DNA of 63,989 nt from Negaprion brevirostris (Eukaryota): contig JARDVH010000121.1 of the NCBI GenBank assembly GCA_030324005.1, positions 23,556,680 through 23,620,668 of the forward strand, in the 5' to 3' direction. The position numbers were made by a program, and so were the translations under genes. The stretch's first letter is position 1. Each line of letters begins with the position of its first letter. This document shows, in pieces, positions 12,385 through 25,109 of the stretch. The notes under the pieces were generated by a model. The model saw only the letters and a program-made list of their open reading frames with translations. It searched no databases and was not told the origin of the DNA.

Positions 12385-13849
12385 AATCCTGCTCCTACCC
12401 TCATTTTGTGAATGGTTACTTTCAGCTGAATGTATAACAATGGTTGATTCACATTCTGTTTGGAATTTAAGGGGAAATTTTGCAGTTCTTTGCATTGGTC
12501 GCTTGTGTGCAGGGGATTGGTGAAAAATCTTAGGAGGAAGCCTCGTGATTTGAAAAGCAAACTGGCCAGTGTCAGCGCAGAGTAAACAGCCATGAATCAC
12601 TCAAGGACAGTTGCCTGAAGGTAGCAAAATCCCTTTTATTTCCTGCAAAACCCTGGTTCTGCAATCCCTCGGTTAGTTGAGAACATGAGACAAATATCCT
12701 GCAGGCACCAGATTAATTAGCCAAATGAAATTGGCCACACAAAATTCCTCCCTCCACCTCGCTGCACCATTGAAAGGTTAGGTAAGCAGGACAAAACTTA
12801 GCCACAAAAAAAAAATCAGCCTTACAATCTGTGGGAGGTAGTGGGGAATGAAAGAGTTAAAAATAATGGCATAGTGGGATTGTTTTCTTCAATCACCTTT
12901 CCAATATTTATTATCATCTGGCAAGCTCTTTCTGTGCACATGGAAGGCATATTCTTCACCTTGACTTGTATTGTGATTACTTTGCAGATGTTCAAGTGAC
13001 TCTATTGTGTGGAGTTACTGTTTAGTCAGATGACAGGAAATATGTTATGATCCCTTGTCGGAATTTCCATGGGGAATTGTGTCACTTTGTCAGGATTACC
13101 ATAGAAACACATTAGAATGAGAATTTAAAAGGAGATTTTTTTTGACATTTTGACAGATTGCTGTGGAAACACCTTTTTGATTGCATGCAGTTCTGCTCTC
13201 GGCTGAATCCAGGAGGGAGTCAGTTTTGGACTAATTCCTACAATGTTTGCCCTAAATGTCCAAAGCAACGTCCATCCAGTTACACATCAGGTTACTCGAC
13301 CAGGNNNNNNNNNNAGGCAAGATGCCAAAATAACCATAAAATTCTTAGTCATATATCCAGATTGCACACCCACAGATATTTATTCTGACACCTCAGCAAT
13401 TTCAACCCAATTGTCTGTCTCTCTATCACAACACTGTTTGTCTGGCTTTGTTCTATCAGTAACACAATGGTCCTTGTTTCTGCGATCTTGCTTCTCTCAG
13501 TTTCTCAATACCCTCAAGCTCCAAGTAACCCATCCTAGAAATGATGCAGACGTAAAATTGGATACTCCCTGAAAAGAGGCAGGGGGATCATGATTCAGGA
13601 TTAACTCATGTCTGTTCCTTTTGATGCAGCTACATGCAAATGCTGCCTGCTCAATATTGTAGCATACAGCCTGATCCAAACGGCAGAGTGGCTATATGCC
13701 TCAGCAAGGCGCTCAGGCTCTTGACAGGTGAGCACAATCTAAAGAAAAGTTGTTTCTTGGTTGCAGCAGGGTGCTAGAAAAGGCTGGAGGTAATAGTGAC
13801 ACAGGGCAGAGTGTGTGCTGTAAGGTTATCCAATACATCACCAGTAATC

Positions 13850-14010
13850 TGGGTGCAGGAATTGAAAAGGAGGAGCGATGTCCTCTACCAAAGACTTCTC
13901 CAGAAAGACACTGCATGGCAGTGGCAGTAGATAACATTGCAGTCAATGTCAACAGTGTGGTTCCAAGAACATGGATGCTGTAACTCCCATTAGTGGTCAA
14001 GGTCAGTGAA
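13850..14010 (+). pseudogene. Decayed Myb/SANT-like coding segment of a PIF/Harbinger transposon
   Basis: Frameshifted translation VQELKRRSDVLY...WQ*I..VNVNSVVPRTWM, followed by a donor-like AAG/GTCAGT. The surrounding ~13500-15800 region is probably the same element. Confidence 0.5.
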
Positions 14011-15070
14011 TCCATCTATAAACGTTAAATCATTACTACAGAAAGATCAGCGTATCACACACACACAACTCAATTTACCTCAACTGCTCCCCTCACAGTC
14101 CAATTCACCTCACCCTCTCCACTCAGAGCCCAGTTCACCTCACCCTCTTTATACACCTACCAATATTCTCTATTAAGCATGAATCAAACCTCACATTAAT
14201 AGTTTCACCTCAGTCTGACACACTAAATATTGTCTGCATCCTCACACTCAAGCATGACAGTTTTCACACACTGCTAGCTGTTCACCCATGACAGGCACAT
14301 CACCCAAACAGATTGTACCACACTGACTGACAATGTTGGTCTTTCTTGTGGGAAAGGCTGACGCACAACCAGAAGGAGTTGTACCTAACAGCTGGCTGAC
14401 AGGCACGGCTACCAATCCATACTCAGATGGCATTGCCAGGACAGCTGGAGCTGCCAGCCAATCAGGTTGGTTGAGAGCTCCTGAAGGTGAAATATGCTCC
14501 ACAGTAATAGATGGAAATTCATTGCCAGATCATTTAGTCCGCATGCTGCACGTCATGGCCATGGGCTGGGCGGGCTGGTGAGCGGCAAGCTGGCTTCACT
14601 GCAACCTTGCTTCCGGGGAGGGTGTAGGAGGTGGAACGCAGAGGAGGAAGCCATCTTCCCTCCCACCTGTCTGTGGTATGTCACTCAGTCTCTTACTTAT
14701 AGCTATCAGTTCAGATACTGACACCTTCTGTAACTCAAAGGACCATATAGAGGTTGGATATGGAAATGCATGAGTGAGCTGCAGTCAAGCCTGGCACTAG
14801 TGTAGAGAAGATGCCAGCTCTTTGAGGGGCCAGTTTGTTCACAGATTTTGCTTCACAGAAGCCAGCACTGCAAAGCTGAGTATTTCTGGCAACTTCTGAT
14901 TTCCTGTTATAGAAGAAGGTTGATTGGTATGCACCATGAACTGCATGGTTCATTGTCAGGCTTGCTAGAAAACTTGTGTGACATGTCAAGGTGTACGGAT
15001 AGTTCATCATCAGTTTGCCACAGGACCTGGGGTAGAACATCCTTTCCAGTATGGCCGAGTCCATTAGCAT

Positions 15071-15195
15071 ACAAAAATAAAATCAAGATACTGTGAATGC
15101 TAGAAATCTGAAAGCAAATCAGCAAGGGTGGTAAATACTCAGCAGGTCTGGCAGCATCTGTGGAGAGAGAAACAGTGCTAAAGTTTCAAGTCAAA
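15071..15195. mobile_element. Short Penelope-like terminal repeat fragment
   Basis: AAATACTCAGCAGGTCTGGCAGCATCTGTGGAGAGAGAAACAG, shared with 22733 and 61512. Confidence 0.6.
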
Positions 15196-16004
15196 TGTAA
15201 GGTTGTAGGCATGCCCATAGTGGCACCCCCCTTTTTGAAACATTTTATATTCAAAATGTTATACACTATTCCTCATTGAGGTTGAGGTGGTAGAAATACT
15301 CAATAAAGACTCTGGTCCCTCCCCCTACCCCCTCCTCCCTCTTTGAGCAGCTTGTCCTTCTTTGCTTATTCTCCATCATGCTGCAGGCTAAAGAGGATGC
15401 AATCTACACAGGAATAGGAATGGGGCTAAGTCAGAATAGGTCTTCATATCATTGCCTGCAGACTTCAGTAATTTTCAAGAAATGTGCAAACATTCTACAA
15501 ACTCAGAACCAACCAGTGAAAATCAATTAGTAACTAATCTGGATGTCACTGATGGAAAGAATGTCCTGCAGCTAGGTATGTGAGTATGTTGTTGGGGCAG
15601 TAATGTTGAAAAAGCATCACCAGTAGAGAACCACATTGACTGACATTATGATCTACTTACTCTGCATACTTATAGTGCACACATCCAGTGCCCTTGCTAA
15701 TGACCTACTGAAAGTGATGCCTTGTGTTGCCTGCATGAGAAAAGCACATGCGCAGTGTTACATTCATTTTGGTATCAAAACACCACCAATTAGCATTGAA
15801 AGTAGAGGTACAGCACAATCAAATGCTGTGGTTCCATTTTGTAGTCTTTACTGGTTTAAAATCAAGATTTACCCCCCCATCACCATTCTTCCTCAAGATC
15901 TGGCCTTGAATAACTTTGATCTCGATGTCACCCAGCTGTACCTGTTGATTAATCACATTTTATTTTTGCCCATTTTAAATACATTTTTTACTATCCCATT
16001 CTTT

Positions 16005-16465
16005 TCTTTATTCATTTTATGGGACTTGAGTGTCACTGGCTGGGCCAATATTTATTGCCCGTCCCTAACTGCCCTCCATTCCTGACAGCATTTGGAAATC
16101 AACTACATTGCTATGGATATAGAGTCACATGTGGGCCAGACCAGGTAAGGATGGCAGGTTTCCTTCCCTCAAGGGCATTAGTGAACCAGATGGGGTTTTG
16201 CAAAAAAATCGACAATGGTTTCATGGTCATCAGTAGATTTTNNNNNNNNNNNNNNNNNNNNNNNNNNNNNNNNNNNNNNNNNNNNNNNNNNNNNNNNNNN
16301 NNNNNNNNNNNNNNNNNNNNNNNNNNNNNNNNNNNNNNNNNAGATTTTTTAATTCCAGATATTTTTATTGAATTCAAATTTCACCATCTGCCATGGTGGG
16401 ATTTGAACCTGGATCTTGCCCTGGGACTCTGGATTATGAGTCCAGTGACTACACCACTGCGTCCT
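16005..16465 (-). mobile_element. tRNA-headed SINE with Zenon-like LINE tail
   Basis: Reverse complement of the 56855-57240 family, with B box GGTTCAAATCC and body GGTTCACTAATGCCCTTGAGGGAAGGAAACCTGCC. Confidence 0.85.
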
Positions 16466-17719
16466 CTTCTCCTAACATTCTATCAGTGATGGTGAACTGC
16501 TGAAAATAGAAAACTCACCACAGAACTGATGTATTTTGAGAAGCTTTCGGAAGCTAAACCATTTATGGCATCTTCCTGTTGAAACAGTTGAAATTGTTTT
16601 AAAGGATGTGTGATAGGTCTAAGAAATATTTTTCTGCAAGACGTATGACTTGTGTATCTTGAATTCAGATCTTACAGAGATGTTGTCTATTTGGCCAATT
16701 TGATTGGCTGGGTGGAATAAACTCACTGCTCATGGTCCTGTATGGAAACCTTTACCTTGTTCAGGTTGGGCACCAGTGATCGCTTCAAGGCTTGCTGGAA
16801 GATTGCTCTTTGACTTACAGGGCACAACTCAATTGATGAAACTCTACACAAGCCCAGCAGGAATCTAAAATAGCTTTGAGAGTCCTAATTATGCCATCCA
16901 ACACTGATTTGGAGAAGTGAACAATGCTGCGGCCAATATTCTGGCACAGGCAAAAATGGGAGTAGGGTCATTAATTGACCCTTTTTTAGGGTAAAATTAA
17001 TGACAGCAACACCGGAGCTTGTACTTACCTAGTAATTAGGATCCTACTACCGATTGGGCTGAAAAACAGAGTGCGAGTAAACCAGTCCCAGTCTGTGGTC
17101 ATTGTGGACTGCTAATGCATGTTGTAGAAACGTAATAGGGTAGAAAGGCTCAGGTTGAATACTCTGGCACCTTCCTGACTCCACCAGAGATCCTTTAAAA
17201 TGTTATCTATGCTATTGGGAGCAGGGGGCTGGGGATGAGGTGTGGAATTATCCTTCCTTGTGAAAGTATTCACTGGTGGCAAGTGCTGACCCAGCTGGAA
17301 GACAAGCTCCTGCCCATTATACTCTTCTCTCTCTTGGCCTCCTTAACTGGTCCAGGTGACCCCCACACCTCCCTCGTGTTGTGGGCCTCCAGTGCAGATT
17401 CTCCTCCTGAGGCCTAATGTTATAATGGCAGTGGCCACCTGCTCTTGATGGCACCGCTGGTACTAAATACCTGCTAACTTCTGTTTTGTCTCAGATTTCT
17501 CCTTGCAGGACCCTTGACTGAAGCCAGCAGACTTCCTGGTTGAGCTTCCCAGGTATGGCCGCAAGAAGGCTATCACTCCCAGGGTGGGCCGGCTCACTGC
17601 CACAACCAGTAAATTCTGCTGATATAAACATTCATTTGACAATCTATTGTAGAACTAAACCATACAGGCCTGAAAATGCTCAGTTCTAATCACTAGTTCA
17701 TGTAGATTTTTCTGTTTCA

Positions 17720-17985
17720 AGTCAGTGGAATTGCTGGGCTCAGGAGTGGGGGGGAGAAAATGAAATCAGCCACGGTTTTTCACTGCTGATGACTTGCAAA
17801 TAACTCATGCTAGATTGTGTAGGTGTAGCTGTCAACTGGGGGCAGGAGCAGCTTGGATGTCTCCCATAGTTGAATTACCTGTTGACAATTACTATATCAG
17901 TAGAATGGCCACTTGACCAACGCAGTGGAGTATTATGAAAACATTGCAATGATATTTTGACTTCTTGAAGGGAAAATAGCAGAAA
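17720..17985 (+). mobile_element. Highly decayed ancient SINE (LF-SINE-like by recall)
   Basis: Blocks AAATCAGCCACGGTT...AGAATGGCCACTTG. Loosely similar to 40884-41225. Confidence 0.35.
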
Positions 17986-18190
17986 AGGNNNNNNNNNNAG
18001 GAAGGGAATTTTAAAAAGAAATGCTGAGCACATGAATACAATTTCAAATCAGGCAATAGCTTAAGGAGTATTGGTTTTATTTTGATTCAAAAAACAAGCA
18101 ACTATTAGGAACGCAAGAATCTTGCTGATGGTAGAGGGAGAAATCTAAAAACGGCAATGTTTGGTTTCATTCACCTTTATGAATAAGTTC

Positions 18191-18386
18191 TGTTGTGTAT
18201 TTATAGTGATTCTTTACCAGCAGTATTGAAGCTAAATGGGGCACTTTAAGATAATGCATACATGATATCACTGCAAGTGACATCATTGACCGTTTACATG
18301 GGTAACTGTGCAGAGTGGGTTTGCAGCCTGTATTGAACACATCTCCTTAGTGAAGTACCTTAGTTCATTGCCTGTTAGCCTCAACA
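18191..18386 (+). repeat. 5' LTR of the Gypsy element
   Basis: TGTTG...TCAACA ends; aligns to 23812-24021 (ATAGTGATTC..TAC.AGCAGTATTGAAGCT.AATGGGGCACT). Confidence 0.85.
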
Positions 18387-19689
18387 AGCTGAAGCTCAGA
18401 TTGTGCCTTACTTTAAGACAGGAGAGCAAGGTAATACTAAAGAGTCATGGCATACGCAGGTCCTTCCATAGAGAGAAAATGGCGGGAGCTTTGAGCATGG
18501 AACCATTTGATGAGGATACAGAGCGATGGAGCTCTTATACGGAATGGTTTGACTATTTTATACAAACTAACTGCATATTAGAGAACATAAAAATTCTTCA
18601 GCATAATGGGGGTGTGGGGGAAAGGGTGTTTTACCTACTCAGGAGACTGATGCAACTGGCAAAGCCAGGCACAAAGACATATTGTGGAGATTTTGCAGGG
18701 CTGCTATTCACCAAAACCTTTTAGTCATTGCAGGAAGTCTAGATTTCATACGAACAATCAAGAACATGGAGAATTGATTGCACAATTTGTGGTTACACTG
18801 AAAAGACTGGCAGAGCACTGCCTGTTCAGGGGTGTATTAAACGATACAATCTGGAGANNNNNNNNNNTCTGTGGTTTGTGGAGTGAGGCAATTCCCGACT
18901 CAAAGCAACCTGACTCAAAGAAAGCCATTGAAGTTGTCATATAAATGGGGCCAACAGCGAAAAAAACTCAGCAGTTAACTTCACAAGCTGTCGAACAAAA
19001 CTCAAGTGTAAACACTGACTCAAATTTTCCACAGATATGCAAAGGCCAGACACTTACCAGCAGATTGTTTGTGCAAAGATACCATGTGCACAAACTGTGG
19101 AAGAAAAGACAGCAACAAGTATGCTTGTTCAAAAAAAAGAAGCTAGCTTTGGGAAAAGTAGCGAAAAGCAAGAACTGAATAAAACAGGCAAACAGAACAA
19201 AGTATAAAGTGTCCATGTAGTTCAAACAGGACAAAAGGAGAGAATTGATTCACAGTCTGTGGATGAATTGTCATTGAACATGCTAGCCATTGCCAGTGCT
19301 ACAAATAGATACTGAGTTACTCCACTACTGGATGTGCAGGAGTAAAGATGGAGGTCGACACTGGGGCAGCAGCCTTGCTGGTGCCAGAGATTGCCTACCA
19401 AGAAAAGCTCCAACATATTCTTCTGAGGCTCTTGAAAATAGAGTTCAAAACTTACACTGGAGAAGTGGTTCCATTGAAGGGTTGTATTGACGTACAATTA
19501 AATGGCTAAATAGTAGATTTATCCTTGTACATGGTCAATAGGAAGTTATCTGGTACTAATAGGTAGGATTTAGTTGGAAAAAATCCAACTAAATTGGGAT
19601 GAAGTAAACCGAATGAATGATTCAGAATCAGGCCTTACCAAAATCCTGAAGAAGCACACTTTAGTTTTCAATGGTGAACTGAGAAAAAG

Positions 19690-19972
19690 AGTTAAAGTTT
19701 ATTTATTAGTCACAAGTAAGGCTTACATTAACAATGCGATGAAGTCATTGTGAAATTTCCCGAGTCGCCACATTCCAACACCTGTCTGGGTCAATGCACC
19801 CAACCAGTACTTCTTTCGGACAGTGGGAGGAAACTGGAGCATCTGGAGGAAACCCACGCAGACATGGGAGAACTTACAAACTCCACACAGACAGTGACCC
19901 AAGCCAGGAGTCGAACCTGGGTCCCTGGCATTGTGAGGAAATAGTGCTGACCACTGTGCCACTGCTCTGCCC
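19690..19972 (-). mobile_element. HE1-type V-SINE with the alternative (type-2) tail
   Basis: HE1 head and V-domain with a tail ending GTAAGCCTTACTTGTGACTAATAAATAAACTT. Inserted between the Gypsy PR and RT regions. Confidence 0.88.
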
Positions 19973-21272
19973 AATGAAGGACATTTCAGTGAAGTTGAAG
20001 CTCAAAGAAGAGAGCCAGGTGAAATACTTAATGGCCAAATTGGTATCTTTTGCAATTAGACCAAAAGCAGAGGTGGATTTAGAATGACTGGTAAAGACAG
20101 GGGTCCTGGAACCTGGCAACATGAGCTACATCGATCATCCCAATAATAAAAAAAAGACGGATCTGAATGGATTTGTCATAACTTCAAATTAACTATTAAT
20201 CCTGCATTCCATGCAGAAACAATACCCTCCATCCCTGATTGATTACCTGTCACAGGGTTGGTTGGAGGCCAACGCTTCAGTAAGATCGATCTCAGTCAAG
20301 CATACTTACAAATGAACAGAGATCAGGATTCAGAATAGTTCCTGACGATTATGACACATAAAGGATTATTTTGACACAGAAGATTACCATTTGGCATCAC
20401 TTCAGCTCCAGCATTGTTCGAAAGAGCTGCGGGCCAAATCTCATGTGGGCTGAGCAGAGTCAAGTGTTACCTGAATGACATTCCGGTTACTGGTAAAGAC
20501 AAGGAAGAACATTTGTGCAACTTGGATGCCAAACTATAAAGATTAGATGGTTATTGATCAAGAGTACAAAAGGACAAATGTGAATTTTTCCAATTTTCAA
20601 ATACTTGGGACATGTAATCAATGCCAAGGACTTATCAAAGCTATTACCATGGCACCCATATCACAATGTTAATCAACTATGAACCTTCTTAGGCTCACTA
20701 AACTACTGGAGAAGTTTTGTCCCCAACATGGTGACCATTGTGAAATGCTTGAATAATGTTCTGTATCAAAATAAAAAGTGTAATTGGGTGGGTGGATCAA
20801 TGTGAGAGAGCATTCATGCAAAACAAAGAAGCGCTGCTCAAGACAGACATCCTGACACATTTTGATCCAAACCTACCTTCTGCAGCTAGCATGTGACACA
20901 TCACTTTTAGCTGTTGGGATGATAGTATCCCACATCATGCTTTCAGGTGAAGGGAAACCTAAAGCTTGTGTGTCCAGGACATTGAATAAAGCCAAAATCA
21001 ACTATATACATGATGAGAAAGAAGCTTAATGAATTAAATTTGGGATAAAAAGGTTCTATCAATTCCTGTACATGAGAAAATTTACCTTATTGTTGGCTAT
21101 CATTAACAACAATTTTTGGACCACATACAGGGATTCCATCACTGGTAGTGAGCAGAATGCAGAGATGGCCATTGCTATTGTCAGCATACACATATGCTAT
21201 CAACTATCAATCAAGTCTTTATGGTAATGCAAATGGACTTTCCTGACTATTCTTACAAACTAGTTATACAAA

Positions 21273-21585
21273 CCCTACAGCACAGAAGGTGGCCATTTCA
21301 GCCCATCGAGTCTGCACCAACAACAATTATATCTATACCCCATTACAGTAACCCCACACAGTTATGCCACTAATCCTTCTAATTTATGCATCCCAGGGCA
21401 ATTTAACAGGGCCAATGGACCTAATCCACACATCTTTGGACTGTGGGAGTAAACCAAAGCACCCAGGAGGAAACCCATGCAGACATGGGGAGAAGGTGCA
21501 AACTCCACACAGACAGTGACCCAAGCTAGAAATCAAACATGAGTACCTGGAGCCTTGAGGCAATAATGCTAACCACTGTGCAACC
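21273..21585 (-). mobile_element. HE1-type V-SINE with CR1-like tail
   Basis: Reverse complement of HE1, inserted between the Gypsy RNase H and integrase regions. Confidence 0.88.
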
Positions 21586-22732
21586 CATCAACTTCATTAA
21601 CAAGTCATTTGAGCAGATACATCTTCGTTTTCAAACAGGCAGATATTATTCCTTTCACAGCAGGACAAGTGAAGAAGTTCACCCGAAGTGATCCAATACT
21701 CTCCAAAGAAATGGACACACTGTTTCGAGGCAAGACCTCAGTAGTAAGCTCTGATTTGAAGTCGTACACCACTTGAAGATTTGAATTATCTATACAAACA
21801 GGATGCCTCTTTTGGGAGATGAGACTAATCATTCCACTGCCATTAAGAAGACAAATATTGAACAAATAAATTGAAGGCCATTGTGGCAATGTGAGAATGA
21901 AGGTGGTAGCAAGGAGCTATTTCTGTTGGGCTGACTTAGACATTAAAACAGACAAAAAAGGGGCAAATGTGTTCATCTTGTGCAAAAATGGTGGCAAAAA
22001 ATTACCACCATTAAAATCTTGGGAATGTCCAGAAGAGGCTTGGAATTGTTTACACATTGACTGCAGGACTGTTTGAAGGAGACATGTTTCTCATTATAGT
22101 CGACATTCATTCAAAACGGACAGAAGTTGCCATCATGAAGTCAAAGTTATCAGAGAAAGCAGTTGAGAGATTGGGAGAAATCTTTAGCAGATTTTGTTTC
22201 TCTGAGTAATTGGAGAGTGATGTTTGGCCACTGTTCGTATCTCAAGGACTTGAAAGCTTCTTGTAGGAAAATGGAATACAATATATTAGGTCCACGCCAT
22301 ACCATCCTGCTATGTACAGATTAGCAGAACATTCAGTGCAACAATGAAGCACATGTTAAAGAAAACCAGTTGGTAAACATTTGAGTCAGTTTCTGCTCAT
22401 GTATGGGAATATTGCTCACTCAACAACAAATGTTTCTCAGGCATTACTGATGATTAATTAAGAATTAGATATAGCATTCAACTTAGAGAAAACACTCAAG
22501 ACAAAATAAATCATCCAGAAAAAGCAGATTGTATGGCAGCAAAACAAAGTGAAACATCATATCTTCCACCAGGAACAAGTAGTTCTGGCAAGAAACTATA
22601 CCACAGAAAAAAAATGGGCTTCTACACGGTCATAGCACAAGCCAGACCTGACCTGTCTCCTACATTGTCCAAACCTGAGACAATGCCATCTGGAGGAAGT
22701 ATACAGATCAACGATTGACAAGTGTTCATTAG

Positions 22733-22883
22733 AAGCAGAAACCAATACTGAAAATGCTGGAACATCACAGCAGATCTGAGAGCATCAGGGGAGAGAAAAT
22801 AGAACCAACATTTTGAGTCAGGATGACCCTTCTGTCAGAACCTCTCTCTCTCTCTATAGATGTTGCCAGACTTGCTGAGATTT
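22733..22883. mobile_element. Short inverted Penelope-like terminal element with a degenerate hammerhead motif
   Basis: Inverted arms CAGCAGATCTGAGAGCATC and GATGTTGCCAGACTTGCTG. The minus strand of 22801-22841 reads CTGACAGA-A-GGGTCA TCC TGACTC-AAAA-TGT. Confidence 0.6.
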
Positions 22884-23139
22884 TAAAGTTTTAAAGTTTA
22901 TTTGTAGCAGCAGGTGGTCACCCATTCCCAATCTATCACCCATATTATGGTGGGCATGTAAGTCATCAAACATGCCTGCCCAGTCTTACATTTGACCTTA
23001 TTCTGCCTCAGTATTTACATCACATTAGGCTGGAGAAGCAGGAGGAAGAGGAAGAAAGCTTGGCAGGTTTCCTCGCATGGCCCATTGAGAGCAGCAGCGC
23101 CCACACTGCCATCAAGGTGATACCCTTCTGGCTTCTTTA

Positions 23140-23358
23140 AGTTTTAAGTGTATTTATTAATGTCACAAGTAGGCTTACATTAACCCTGCAATGAAGTTAC
23201 TGTGAAAATCCCCTTGTCGCCACTCTCCGGCGCCTGTTCAGGTACACTGAGGGAGAATTTAGCATGGCCAATGCACTTAACCTGAACACCCAGAGAGAAC
23301 CTGCACAGACACAAGGAGAACATGCAGACTCCACACACAAGGATCCAAACCGGGAATC
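23140..23358 (-). mobile_element. HE1-type SINE with type-2 tail, head lost in a gap
   Basis: TTTATTAATGTCACAAGTAGGCTTACATTAAC...GAAAATCCCC, followed by the reverse-complemented V-domain. Confidence 0.85.
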
Positions 23359-23811
23359 NNNNNNNNNNNNNNNNNNNNNNNNNNNNNNNNNNNNNNNNNN
23401 NNNNNNNNNNNNNNNNNNNNNNNNNNNNNNNNNNNNNNNNNNNNNNNNNNNNNNNNNNNNNNNNNNNNNNNNNNNNNNNNNNNNNNNNNNGGTGGTTCTT
23501 TCGGGAACTGTACTGAGAGGTACTTCCTGGGAACTTGACATAACAGAACTGATTAGGGAAAACAGCACCTCAGTTGCAAATCAAACACCAACTCAATCTC
23601 AAATCATAACCTTGACTCCAATTAAAATAACCGGTGACAAGATGACTTCAGGCCAAAGATACCAAAGATTACAGCAAGAGCTAAGGAGCAGAAGTCAACC
23701 ATTTAGAGAACGGCAACCTCCAGATCATTTGACTCACTGACTTGTTAATTGATTGTTCATATTACTTATTTAATGTGTTGGGGACTTTTGACTTAAAAGG
23801 GGGAAGGAGTA

Positions 23812-24021
23812 TGCTTTTATAGGATTCATAGTGATTCCTTACTAGCAGTATTGAAGCTGAATGGGGCACTCTAAAATAATACTTACATGATGTCACCAGA
23901 AGTGATGTCAATGGCCGTTTACACAGGTAAGTGTGCAGAGCAGGTTTGCAGTTTGCACCAAACAAATTTCCTTAATATTGCTCTTTATTTTGTTGAGCAT
24001 CCATGACCTCCTAGCCTCAAC
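23812..24021 (+). repeat. 3' LTR of the Gypsy element
   Basis: Follows the PPT, aligns to the 5' LTR, and ends TAGCCTCAAC. Confidence 0.85.
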
Positions 24022-24689
24022 CCTGCAAACACCATGGGCGAAGTTCATGCCTTGCTGCTGCTGCAAGCGTGGACAGAGAATCTGGCACTTAGCTAAATGT
24101 CTGTTCAAAGCAGTGGGATCAGAGAATTCTGCTGGAGTGAACAGCTAATAAATTGCAGCCCACAAGTTTCTCTCATTCGTAATTATATTTCATCAAGTAG
24201 GAACATTAATACAATCTAGTTCCAGAACATAGAAAATTATCCAAGTGATTTGATGAGGTAACAGATTCCCTCCAGCTCTCATTTAGGTATAAATTAATCT
24301 ACTTTACTTTCAGGAGGACAATTTAAATCATTGCCCTTTTGTGTTGGATGAAATTATACATGCACAATTTCATTAAATGAATTCACGTTGTTTTTAACTG
24401 TTCATTAATTGATGGCTCATTGTTGTTGGCCTTATACTTCTGCTTTTTTTCCTACAGCAGATTATAAATTATATTTAGCCCACCAGCACTTGGTAATTTT
24501 GTTAGTGCAGGAGTTGTTACATGAGGATGAAAATCTCTACTTTGCAAAGTATCAAGCAAAGTGAGTTGTAAGATGTTTAACCAAGTTCAAGATTTAGGTG
24601 AGATTGCAAGCTGTGGAAGCACAGATCAAACTGCATCAAAATGCAACCGCAATAAGGGACTGTGTACATCTCAGTCCAATGACTGACTG

Positions 24690-24876
24690 GAATATGAAAC
24701 TTGCTACTGCATGGAGTTGGTGAGGTAAATAGCATTGATACAGCTAAGGGGCGGCTAACTAAGTACATGAGGGAGAAAGGAATAGAAAGACATGCATATA
24801 GGCTGAGCGGAATGAAAGAGACAATGGTATGCACTTGAATGGCCTATTTCTGTGCTTTACATTCCACATAATTCTA
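24690..24876 (+). mobile_element. CR1 LINE 3' end fragment
   Basis: AAGTACATGAGGGAGAAAGGAATAGAA...GAATGGCCTATTTCTGTGCT tail. Confidence 0.55.
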
Positions 24877-25109
24877 CACAAAATAGGACTGAGAGTTTGA
24901 AGCATGAGGATTGATGTTGGTAGTCAAACATTCTCTCATTTCTGCTGATACCAGTTTCAGATGTCTTGACAAGCTCAAATGCTTCCACTGAATCTCAACA
25001 TTGGCTTGTAATCTGGCACTCCCCAAAATCAATAACAAGCAATGCAAAAAAACCCTTTTTTTTTAAATGTGAATAGCTATGTTTGAGTAGCTTGTGCCAA
25101 ATCTGTTGG

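Larger units (their letters stand above)
18479..22640 (+). pseudogene. Gypsy gag-pol remnant with many stops and frameshifts
   Basis: gag MEPFDEDTERWSSYTEWFDYF; protease MEVDTGAA (19348); RT RLPFGITSAPALF (20381) and YLNDI (20468); RNase H LACDTS and EKEA; integrase RMKVVARSYFCW and PYHPA (~22295). Confidence 0.9.
18191..24021 (+). mobile_element. Full-length decayed Gypsy (Mag-like) LTR retrotransposon
   Basis: LTRs at 18191-18386 and 23812-24021. PPT AAAAGGGGGAAGGAG at 23795-23809. Domain order gag-PR-RT-RH-IN. Three HE1 SINEs and a Penelope-like fragment are nested inside. Confidence 0.92.

Noticed and set aside
12018-12593. Longest ORF in the track (191 aa, minus strand)
   Set aside because: It runs antisense through a DNA-element remnant and a solo LTR, and shows no recognisable domain.
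13042-13304. Possible solo LTR starting TGTTATGATCCC
   Set aside because: It ends in a gap, and no matching CA end, TSD or second copy was found.
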